The notes beneath the pieces are model-generated. The model made no database searches and was not told the DNA's origin. It was given only the letters and a program-made list of their open reading frames with translations. This document shows, in pieces, positions 44,421-55,400 of a stretch of DNA of 64,000 nucleotides. Origin of the DNA: Chrysemys picta bellii. Lineage: Eukaryota. Both the position numbers and the translations under genes were made by a program. The first letter of the stretch is position 1, and each line of letters starts with the position of its first letter. The DNA lies in the NCBI RefSeq assembly GCF_011386835.1, contig NC_088792.1, positions 148,180,001 through 148,244,000 on the forward strand, written 5' to 3'.

Positions 44421-45571
44421 GCTCTCAGCTGGGGAGGGAGGCGCTGCTCTGGGAGCGTAGGCGCACACATCCTGCGGGGGTGCTGCCCTGGGGAGGGAGG
44501 CGCTGCTTTGGAGAAGCTCATATCCTGCGGGGGTGCTATCCTGGGGCGCTCACAGCCGGGGGGGAGGGAGATGCTGCCCTGGGGGGACACAGCCTGGGGG
44601 GGGATGAGGTACTGCTTTGGGGAAACTCACATCCTGGGGGGTGCTGTCCTGTGGGTGCTCACAGCTGGGGGGGGGTGCAGGCACTGCCCTGGGGGTGCTC
44701 ACAGACTGGGGGGAGGGAGGTGATGCCCTTGGGGGGGCACTCAGCCTGCAAGGGGAGGGGGTGAGGCACTGCTTTGGGGAAGTTCACAGCCAGTCGTGGG
44801 GTCATTCAGGATAATTGTCTTCAGTGTTATCAGGGACTCGGGAAACAGGTCCTGCCATTGGTGATGAGGAATGCCCCTCCCCCCCTCCATCCTTCCAAAA
44901 CCGGTTATAACCATGGCAGGAATCATGCCTCCTGGGCTCAGTAAGACCAAAGGGATGGAATTTCTGCTCAGCAATGAGCAATGCCCATTCCTCCTAAAGA
45001 GAGACCGGTGAGGTGTCGCCTGCAGAACCGCTGAGCTACCAGGAAGCTCTGGAGATCAGCCATGAGCTTTTAGAGACATTTGCCTCTAGGTTCCAGTCCA
45101 GCCCAGGCAGTAGCATAGCTGGGGGGGAGCAGGGGGAGCGGCCGCTCCCACACTGAGCACATGGAGCCTTAGGCCTTGGCTACACTTGCGAGTTACAGCG
45201 CTGTAAAGCCTCCCCCAGCGCTGTAACTCACTCCCCGTCCACACTGGCAAGGCACTTACAGTGCTGTATCTCCGTGGCTGTAGCGCTGCATGTACTCCAC
45301 CTCCCCGAGAGGAATACTGTGTATTGCGCTGCCACTGTGGCACCAGTGTGGCCGCCCAATGCACTGTGACTGGCCTCCAGAAGTATTCAGCAGTATCCCA
45401 CAATGCCTGGTGTAGCCACTCTGGTCATCAGTTCAAACTCTACTGCCCTGGCCTCAGGTAACCAACCATGTGACCCGCCCTTGACATTCCCCGGGAATTT
45501 TAAAAATCCCCTTCCTGTTTGCTCAGCCCAGTGTGCTGTGGAGTGCTATCAGCGAATCTTTCCAGGTGACC

Positions 45572-47294
45572 ATGCCTCCATGCGCCAAGCGAGCCCCAGC
45601 ATGGAGCAATGGCGAGTTGCTGGCCCTCATCAGTGTTTGGGGGAAGAAGCTGTACAATCCCAGCTGCGCTCCAGCCGTAGGAATTACGATACCTTTGGAA
45701 AGGTATCAAAGGACATGATGGAAAGGGGCCATGAGCGGGACGCCCTGCAGTGCAGGATTAAAGTGAAGGAGCTGCGGAGTGCCTACCGCAAAGCCCGCAA
45801 CGCAAACGGCCGCTCGGGTGGTCCCCCCGCGACCTGCCGATTCTACAAAGAGCTGGATGCGATACTTGGGGTTAACCCCACCTCCACTCTGAGCACCACC
45901 ATGGACACTTCAGAGCTGGGGTGGGAGGAGGAGGAAAATGGGAGTGAGGGTGGTGGGGCGGATGGAGACACCCCGGAATCCCTGGAGCCATGCAGCCAGG
46001 AGCTCTTCTCGAGCCAGGAAGAAGGTAGCCAGTCGCAGCGGCCGGTACTTGGTGGAGGACAAACAGAAGAGCAGGTTCCCGGTAAGCGGGTTTTTTTTCT
46101 GGAAGGAATTTTTTCGGTGCAGGCTCTTTGGGAGAGGAGGGTTAGGCATGCATGCCTAGATGCGGAATAGTGCATTGATGTGGTTTATCACATCGCGGTA
46201 ATCGGCCTCGGTAATCTCTTCGAATGTCTCATCCAGAACGTGTGCAATGCGCTTGCGCAGGTTTATCAGGAGAGCCACCGTGGTCCTTGTCCCAGCCCGG
46301 CTAACGTGTCCGTGCCACTGTGCCGCGAGGGGCGGGGGGACCATTGCTGCACACAGGCAAGCTGCATATGGGCCAGGGTGGAAGCCGCATTGCAGTAGAA
46401 GACCTTCCCTTGCTTCCCAGGTCACCCTCAGCAGCGAGATATCATTCAGGACGAACTCCCGTGGAAAATGTTGGGACAGTGTTCAGTGTAGGTGCCCCCT
46501 GAAGCTGTTGGCTCTCCCCAAGGCACAGAAACCCAGAGGACAGTACAGCCCTGAAACACAGTCCCCCTTACTCACCATTTTGAGGCTCCCGTGGGATACG
46601 TGTGCTCTGTTTCGGACAGGAAAATTATGCTATTGTGTAGACCCTGTGTGTGCCCTCCTTAAGTGCGAGGGAAATCATTACTCTGCCTGGTATAAACAAT
46701 GCTGCCTCTCTTAAATGTTGCATTTTGCCTATACAGCTGCAACAACCTTGAGACCTCAGCCGTCCCTCTTATCGCCTGCTCAGAGACTGCAAAGACTCAG
46801 GAAGAGACCGCGAAAAAGCAAAGAAGACATGCTGCAAGAAGTGATGCAGCAATCTATTAAAGAGAATGAAAAAGCACAGAACTGGAGGGAGAGAGAAAGC
46901 AGGAACCGCCAGGAAAATGCAGCGCACCGGCAGCAAAGCACCGCACACCGGCAGCAAAGCACTGATAGGCTCATAAGCATCCTGGAGCGCCAAGCAGATG
47001 CTATCCAGGAGCTTGTAGCCATGCAGAAGGAGCAGTACCGCAAGCGCAAATGCCCCCCCTCCCCCACAGCCCTTGTCCCAAAACTCTTTCCCTTGTGCCT
47101 CACTGTTACCTCCAACCCAACTTCCGGGTTCTTCACGCCACCAGCTGCCTCCAACACCAGTATCTTCACCACCCAGCCCTGAAAACCACGACCCTTACCC
47201 TCTGCACTCAACCCCCATCACCATGCAGTATAGCTGTCCTGAAGTGCAGCTCTCACTGCACAGCACACCAGACAGGACATACGCGAATCTGTGA
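45572..47294 (+). pseudogene. Harbinger Myb/SANT-like (trihelix) DNA-binding protein, 2 exons, frameshifted
   Basis: ATG at 45572 (MPPCAKRAPAWSNGELLALISVWG), frameshift at about 45640, then EEAVQSQL..QCRIKVKELR..TCRFYKELDAILG. Intron 46082-46736 (GTAAGC..TACAG). Exon 2 has a second frameshift at about 47045 and ends ..TYANL* at 47294. Confidence 0.85.
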
Positions 47295-47537
47295 TTGTAC
47301 CATTCCCCACTCCACCCCCTTGCCCTTTCTGATTCCCAAGCAACTGTGTTTCTTTTCAATAAATAAATTTTCTTATCAATAAATGGATTTTTTGGCTTTG
47401 AAAACATTCTTTATTATTGCATAGAGTAAAAGATTCCTTAGCCCAGGAAATAAACAGGCACTGCAAGTCTGCTTAGCAAACACTGATTCCTAAAGATTGG
47501 AACTACTGCACTTCACTCCCATGCAGGGCACCAGATA

Positions 47538-48791
47538 TCACTGCTGGTTCTCAGCCTCAAATTGCTCCCTCAATACATCCCTAATCCTTGCAGCCTCGCT
47601 CTGGGCCCCTATAATAGCCCTGCTCTCTGGCTGTGCAAATTCAGCCTCCAGGTGTTCAACCTCGGAGAACCATGCCTGAGTGAAGCTTTCACCCTTCCCT
47701 TCACAAATATTATGGAGGGCACAGCACGCGTATATAACCGCAGGGATGCTGTGTTCGGCTAAGTCCAGCTTCCCATACAGAGATCGCCAGCGGCCCTTTA
47801 AATGGCCAAAGGCACACTCCACAGTCATTCGGCACCGGCTCAGCCTGTAGTTGAACCGTTCCTTGCTGCTGTCAAGGCTCCCTGTGTAGGGTTTCATGAG
47901 CCACGGCATTAGCGGGTAAGCGGGATCTCCAAGGATCACAAAGGGTATTTCAACTTCCCCTACTGTGATCTTCCGCTCTGGGAAAAAAGTCCCAGCCTGC
48001 AGCTTCCTGAATAGCCAAGTGTTCCGAAAGATGCGTGCGTCATGCACCTTTCTGGGCCAGCCTGTGTTAATGTCAATGAAACGCCCATGGTGATCCACAA
48101 GCGCCTGGAGAACCATAGAGAAATACCCCTTCCGATTAACGTACTCGGATGCTAGGTGGGGTGGTGCCAGAATAGGAATGTGCATCCCATCTATCGCCCC
48201 TCCACAGTTAGGGAAACCCATTTGTGCAAAGCCATCCATTATGTCCTACATATTACCCAGAGTTACGGTTCTTCTGAGTAGGATGCGATTAATGGCCTTG
48301 CAAACTTGCATCAACACGATTCCAACGGTCGACTTTCCCACTCCAAACTGGTTTGCGACCGACCGGTAGCTGTCTGGAGTTGCCAGCTTCCAGATTGCAA
48401 TAGCCACCCGCTTCTCCACTGGCAGGGCAGCTCTCAATCTCGTTTCCTTGCGCCGAAGGGTGGGGGCGAGCTTCTCACACAGTCCCATGAAAGTGGCTTT
48501 TCTCAGCCGAAAGTTCTGTAGCCACTGCTCGTCATCCCAGACTTCCATGACAATGTGATCCCACCACTTGGTGCTTGCTTCCCGAGCCCAAAAGCGGCGT
48601 TCCACAGTGCTGAGCATGTCCGTGAATGCCACAAGCAATTTCGTGTTGTACGCGTTACGTGGCTCGATAGCATCGTCGGACTCCTCACCCTCACTCTCAC
48701 TCTTACTTTGGATCTTAAGGAATAGTTCGACAGCCAAATGTGACGTGCTGGCGAGACTCGTCAGCATACGCCTCAGCAGTTTGGACTCCAT
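47538..48791 (-). pseudogene. Harbinger DDE transposase (HARBI1/DDE_Tnp_4-like), one in-frame stop
   Basis: MESKLL.. at 48791. A single TAG at 48248-48246 links ORFs 48246..49028 and 47538..48239 in the same frame. Catalytic GAIDG, LGDPAY and VECAFG motifs are intact. Confidence 0.92.
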
Positions 48792-51069
48792 TTCCCGCAG
48801 ACAGATCGCGCTGCACAGAAACCATTGAAAGATGGCGCCAAAGGTGGACGGAAACAAAGGGATTTCTGGGATGCGAAGCGATGCATCACGGGGTGTTGGG
48901 ACAGGACCCAGAATCCCTCGCACCCACGCCCCCTTCCCACAACCCACGGCGCCAGAATGGTAAAAGGTGCTCTGTGGGATAGCTACCCATAATGCACCGC
49001 TCCCAATAGTGCTGCAATTCCCGCACATGTGGCCACGACAGTGCGCTGGGCAGCTGTCAGTGTGGACAGACTGCAGCGCTTTCCCTACTCAGCTGTACAA
49101 AGACAGGTTTAACTCACAGCGCTGTACAGCTGCAAGTGTAGCCAAGGCCTTAGTAGAAAAGGTCCGGGATTTCCCCCCCCTTCCCTTTCCTCCCATGCAG
49201 AGTGTGGCACTGCTAATTGGCCGCCTGGGCCGAGTTGAGCCGCTCCCATTGGGCCTCCAGCAGCCAGACTCCCTCCTCCCTCAGCACGCCACAGGGGAGG
49301 GGCTGTGTGCTGGCAGCATGTTTAACTTTGGCTCCAGGGGCAGCCAGCGGCTAGAGCTGCATGGTGGTAAGGGGAGTCCCAGGGGGCAGTCAGGGAGCAG
49401 GGAAAGGGTTGGATGGTGGGGTGGGGACTTTCTGGGGGTGGGGATGTGGAGAGGGGCTAGAAAATGCATCCCGAGTGATTCAAAGGCCCCAAACATTGCT
49501 GAAAGAGCTGGGAAAGTTGCAAGCTTTCTCTGCTTGGCTTTTCATCTGCAATGCAAACCTGTTTGAGGCACCGCACAAGAGATATTTATTGAGGAAGTTC
49601 ATGCATCTCACAGCTTAAGCTCTTCTAAGTTGGCACAAAAGGATGTGGGAGCAGTTAACAATTCTGTGTGGTTAAGAGATTTTAATTTCCTGGGCCCTGC
49701 TACCCAATGCCACAGGGGAGACTGAGTGAGTAGCCCTGCTTGTCCTCTGCCCAGACACAATCCCTTCCCTGCTTCTTTCCCTTGTGTTTGCAAGGGTCTC
49801 ATTAACATGCTGCATCCGAATGCCCCTCCCCCAGGGCTTCCCTCCAGAGACACAGCCTCCTGGCTTCTCCTTCTTCCTCACTTTCTCCTTCTCTCTCTTT
49901 CTGCAGTTTTTCTCCATGCCCCATCCCTTTGTCTGTACTCCCTCCCCACCCCATGCACTCTATTAAGCACGGCTCTGCCTCTCTTGTTTATGGGCTCTGT
50001 GCTGGGAAGAGGCAGTGCTACTGTTGTGTTCTCTGCTAGGTCTGTTTGTACCAGACTCTTAGCAGTATCCCTCTGCCTGCTCGCAAAGGCTTCTGGCTAA
50101 ACACTAAAGCCAGGTGCTAGGGCAGAAGCAGCTGCCCATGTACCTTCAATGGCAGGAGCTGTGTGTGGTCCCTCGCCCCCCCCCACTTTGGATTACGGGG
50201 TGTGTCTTGGTGTATATTGGGGTTCCTGTCAGGGGCAGGGAGTGGTTGGATAGGCGTGGAAGTCTTGGGGGTCTGTCTGGGGACGGGGCAGTCGGACAGG
50301 TAGGAGGTAGGGTCCTAGGGGGGCAGTTACGGTGGTGGGGTCTCAGGAGGGGGCAGTCAGGGGACAAGGAGCGGGGTGGTGTTGGAGTTCTGAGGGGGGC
50401 AGGAAGTGGGAGGGACTGGATGTAATTAGTAATTTGATATGTCAGGTGGCACCTTTTTGTGTGTGTTCACTCCCCCCGATGTTAGAACCTGGCTACGCCA
50501 CTGAGCCCAGGGTGGGAATGGCTGGCAGGTCTCTGGTGGCTCTGGAGTTGGCAGGTCTCAGCCCAGTTCTTAGCAGACAAGTGCCCACATCCCAAACACT
50601 ACCCACTGTGCTGGGCACAGTAGGTTATTTATGAAGTGTATTACAGTAATGCCCAGGGACCCCAGTCCTGGACCAGGACCCATCATGCTACATATATTTT
50701 GGTAGCACCTAGGAGCCTCCCTCATGGAGCAAGACCCCATTGTGCTGGGCGCTGTAGAGACCCAGAGCCAACAGAGGGGCCTTGCTCATAGGTGCTGGGG
50801 GTGCAGGGTTTAGTTTGGTTCACTGGCTCTCAGCACCCCCACTACACAAATTGTTCTGCTCCAAAGAGTTAATCTACATATGAGATGAGACAAACAGTGG
50901 GAGATGGACCAGGAGCACCAGGAAACCACAAATGGCTATTTCCACTCAGCCATGGGCTCAGCACACCCACAACGTAACTGCTGTTGAGTTTGTTATAGGC
51001 ATGATGGCAAAGGAGCGTGCCGACCTCTGCTCTGAGCACACCTTCGCTGCGAGCATCTGGGTCTGACTC

Positions 51070-51321
51070 TAAGAACATTAGAGCGGCCAGACTGGGTCAG
51101 ACCAAAAGTCCATCTAGCCCAGTGTCCTGTCTGCTGACAGTGGCCAATGCCAGGTTCCCCACAGGGAATGAACAGAACAGGGAATCATCACGTGATCCAT
51201 CCCCTGTCGCCCATTCCCAGCTTCTGGCAAACAGAGGCTAGGGACACCATCCCTGCCCATCCTGGCTAATAGCCATTGATGGACCTATCCTCCATGAATT
51301 TATCTAGCTCTTTTTTGAACC
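51070..51321 (-). mobile_element. CR1 3'-UTR fragment
   Basis: Starts taagaacattagagcggccagactgggtcagaccaaaagtccatctagcccag, the reverse complement of the CR1 3' end also seen at 32270-32333. Confidence 0.85.
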
Positions 51322-52040
51322 ATTACAGTTACGGGCATAAAGGATGTGGTGTGTGTCTCAGCTTAACCTGGAGATCCAATTTGACTCTTAACCTGGAGAT
51401 CCAACTTGACTTCGGGTGGTGGGGAGTTGGGGGAACAATGGAAGGGATCGGGCACCCCCGGGCACAGATTGCTGCTGTGAGCAGAGAGCTCTAGGAGGTG
51501 GGGAAATCAAGCCAGCCATGTGAGGCCAGCAGACAAAGAGGTAGGGAAGATGGTGGACTCTCTATCGGTTTATCCGTCTCTCTGTCCATCCCCATTTGTC
51601 CCTCCCCGGCAGCCATATCGACCCACAAACACGGACATTTTACAAACAATCTGCCTTTACTGACCTGCCCACAGCAGTGCTGGGGCTGGTGCGAAAGGCT
51701 GCGGCGCAGGGCAGCAAGAGCTTTAAACAGATCTGGGGACCGGTCTTAAAACCAGGTCGAGTGGTTTTAGCACAACTAAACTAAAGTACAACTGTCTGCA
51801 AACCTCTCCCCCCACCCCTATTATTCTAACTAAAGCTTAAGGCACTTGTGAGCGTTCATCTACCTGACCTGCCAGGAAACCTAACGCAGGGGCCTTCTCC
51901 CTGGCTGGGGTCCCTTCCCAGGGACTGCATGCGTTATTGTAGGGTTGCTGGGGCTGATCCCAATGGGTTGTTATTGGGGGATTGTATGTCAGAGCTCAGC
52001 TGCACACACTGGTTTGTTACTGTAGGGTTGCTCTTGAGCC

Positions 52041-52263
52041 CTGGGCTGTATAAGTAGGGGCATTGCCAGCAGATCGAGGGACGTGATCATTCCCCTCTAT
52101 TTGACATCTGGAGTACTGTGTCCAGTTTTGGGCCCCACACTACAAGAAGGATGTGGAAAAATTGGAAAGAGTCCAGCGGAGGGCAACAAAAGTGATTAGG
52201 GGGCTGGAGCACATGACTTATGAGGAGCGGCTGAGGGAACTGGGATTGTTTAGTCTGCAGAAG
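52041..52263 (+). mobile_element. CR1 ORF2 internal fragment
   Basis: Nearly identical to part of the 2.4-4.9 kb CR1 (ctggagtactgtgtccagttttgggccccacactacaagaaggatgtggaaaaattggaaagagtcc). Confidence 0.9.
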
Positions 52264-52462
52264 GGTTGCTCCCTGGAGCTGGACTGTCGATACTGTTTCC
52301 CAGTGTTGTGACCCATCTGCAAAGGGGCCTTTCTAAATAGCTAAAGAAAAGCCCCAGCTCCAATGGTAGCCCCTGCAGTCTCCATGCGCACGATGTCCAT
52401 ATTGCACTGAGCCCAGGGCACCTGCATCCCTAGCAGAGAGGGCACTGGGTTGTCTCCTTCCC

Positions 52463-55400
52463 TCAGTCAGCCTGCGTGATGGTGGCCTGGCTCTTGGTGG
52501 CCTGGTTCCCGGAGGCCCGGTTCTCAGCGGCCTGGTTCCCGGCCCCGCGCAGCGACAGCCATAGAACCACGGCCAGGATGATCAACACCACGACCACCAC
52601 TACCACCGCCAGGAATATCTTGTACTTCCTGTTCTCCCAGCGCTTCTTCTGCGCCACCGTCTTCGTCGTCTTGCTGAAGGTAGAGCTCTAGGAGGAAACA
52701 AAGCAAGAGCTGTCAAGGGGTGGCCAGGCCCAAGGAACTCGCCCCAGGCTTCAGCTTCCCTCCGCTCAATCCCTGTATGGCTGCCACTTGTAACGCCGGT
52801 TTCATCACTGCCCCCTGCTGGCCAGAGTCGGAACCAGGCAGCTGTGTGTCATGGGGCCCGTATTGCTAACGGGAATTCTCCTTTTGGCCCCGCACTGGGA
52901 GCCCATTTGCACACCCGTGGTCTTGGATTTGTTCCCCCAGGAAAGTGATGGTGCACAAGCAGCCCCCCCCCAATTGCTCCCTCTCCTCACCCCCCCAGCG
53001 TACCATGTTGCGGAGCTCATCTGCTCTGTCGTCCAGGGTGCTGAGCTTGGCCTCCCGGTCCAGCACCTTGGAATAGTTGACCAGCATAATCTGAGTCACC
53101 TCCTCTGTCTCCTTCTGGCATCGCTCCAGCTTCTCCTCCACCTGTGGGGAGGACAGGGTTAAACACAGGAAGGCTGGCTTCAGCCTTCTGGGCCAGCTGC
53201 TGGGAGGGTTGGTGGTGTGAACCCAATGTCACATTGGGGGCCCCTTTTGGCCTTCAGGACGGCAGGAGCAGGTCCTGGGGGCTAGGGGGAGCTCACTTGT
53301 TCTAAGGCTTAACTCACTGTTTCCTGAACTTTGCCAAGCTGTGCCCCCTGGGCTCATCTCTTACTCCCCCTGGGCTCATCTCTTACTCCCCTGGGCTGCG
53401 GGAAGATCCCACTCTGCACTCACCCAGGCAGTGGCAGCTCCCCACTCCGGGCGTCACGACCTGGCGCACATGGTCACAGTGCCACTCGGCCTTGGCCCAT
53501 CTGCCCCTCCGTAGCTGGAGACCCACAACCCCCCCCCCCCCCCGGCACCCTTTGATCCACAGTTTGGGAACAGATGGGTTAATCCCAGGCACAACAGCAG
53601 CTGGTCCGGGGACCAGTTCGTACAGGGGGCTTAGGAACCAGCCCAGCCTTCCCTTGTGGTCCATGGAGGGAATGATTTTGAAAGCCCAGGGGTAGGTGGG
53701 GGAGGGCTCCCTCCTCCCCATAGGGCAGCATATTGTATTTAGCTCTGCCTGTGGTCTCTTGTGCCCTGCACCTTCAGATCCCTCAGGGCCATGCCAGCTG
53801 CAGAGACCACAGCAGGATTGTGTCTGTGGAGACTTTACTTATGTTCTTTCTTGATTCATTTATCCTTAACTTTGAGACACATCATGCCCAAGAGGCCCCA
53901 TTTGCTCTGTGCTGGGGAGGGTGCAGCCCCTGGCTGAGAGGTGCTGATCAGAGCACGCTCTCTCTGGCACATCCTGCGTGAGTTGCTCATGGAGGACCGG
54001 GTGGCCAGAGCAGGAAATAACCACAAGGATAAATTCTCGGAGCAGACAAGCGGATGCCCTCTGACCTCCACAATTCCTGGAACGATGTTCCTGGCTCCTG
54101 GGCTGGCGGGATTCAAATCCCCCAGGGAAATATTCTTTCCACAAAGAGGTAAAAGGAATCAGACCAGACCCCAATCAAAGGGTGGAGACGCCCGAGCCAG
54201 TCTCTGATCGCTGGGCGGGACAAGTGCACTGAGTCAACTCCAGCAGGAAAGGGGAACAGTGGAGGAAAAATCCTTCAGCGATTACAGGATGCGGGGCCGG
54301 AAGCTAAGATCTCAGCGCAACCAGCAAGAGCTGGGCTTCGGAGGCGAGACCTTCATGGAAATGCACAGCATGCTGCAAGGAGCGGGCTGTGGGGCTCAGG
54401 ATGGGGTGCTGTCCCCTTGAAGTCAGGGAGCGCTCTGCCGCATGGAGCAGGGTAGGATCTGTGTGCCCAGCCCCACTGCTGTGACTACTGCACCCCTCTC
54501 CCCTCCCAGAGGTGGGGCTAGAACCCAAGAGTCCTGGCTCCCTGCCCCACCCCCGCTCCTCCCAGCATGGCCAATGCACATGTCCGCAGCCCCTCAAAGG
54601 CTCAGTAACGGATACTGAAGATGACACCACACAAAGGACCCTGCTGCTCTCAGCCCCCCGGTCCCCGAGCTGGAAAACCCCCAGCTCATAGCTCCCCACA
54701 GGTGCCCATCTCCTAGCACCTGCTGCGTAGCCCCCCAAGGAGAACAGGCATGGGGCTGTCTCCTGCCCCCCACCCAGCCCCCCCCTTTCTCCCCAGCCTG
54801 TGGGGGGGCTGGGCTAATGTATCCCTCTCACTGGGTGCTGGGGTTGGGGGTGCGGAGGGCAGGCACTGGGGGGTTAGGAGTTGGGTGCGGAGGTTGGGGT
54901 GTGGGGGTGCAGAGTTGGGGTATGCCGTGCGGGGGTTGGGGTGTGGAGCGCAGGGATTGGGGGTTAGGAGTTGGGATGCAGGGGTTGGGGTGCGGAGGGC
55001 AGAGACTGGGCGTGCAGGGGTTAGGGTACGGCGTGCAGGGGTTGGGGTGCAGAGGGCAGGAATTGGGGGGTTAGGAGTTGGGGTACAGGGTGTGGGGGTT
55101 GGGGTATGGCATGCGGGGGTTGGGGTGAGGAGGGCAGGGACTGGGCATGCTGGGGTTGGGGTACGGCATGCGGGGGTTGGGGGGTTAGGAGTTGGGGTAC
55201 AGCATGCAGGGGTTGGGGTGCGGCGTGCAGGGGTTGGGGAGCGCAGGGACTGGGCATGCAGGGGTTGGGGTACTGTGTGCAGGGGTTGGGGTGCGGAGGG
55301 CAGGAACTGGGCGTGCGGTGCTTGGGGTACTGTGTGCGGGGGTTGGGGTGCAGAGGGCAGGGACTGGGTGTGCGGGGGTTGGGGTGTGGGGGCTGGAATT

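Larger units (their letters stand above)
45172..49149. mobile_element. full-length PIF/Harbinger DNA transposon, 3978 bp, with two convergent genes
   Basis: Perfect 18-bp TIRs GGCCTTGGCTACACTTGC and GCAAGTGTAGCCAAGGCC; TTA TSD (45169-45171 and 49150-49152); subterminal CAGCGCTG palindromes at both ends. Confidence 0.97.
45108..50503. mobile_element. non-autonomous hAT (about 1.4 kb of its own sequence) hosting the Harbinger insertion
   Basis: TIRs CAGTAGCATAGCT and GGCTACGCCACTG; perfect 8-bp TSD AGCCCAGG (45100-45107 and 50504-50511). Confidence 0.85.

Noticed and set aside
47538-48791. Host gene HARBI1
   Set aside because: It lies within TIRs and a TTA TSD, has a nonsense codon and is paired with a Myb-like gene. 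It is a transposon copy, not the domesticated gene.
53860-53877. Perfect U12 branch sequence TCCTTAAC followed by AG
   Set aside because: It is antisense to VAMP5, has no partner ATATCC/GTATCC donor or exon, and the AG is too close. Probably chance.
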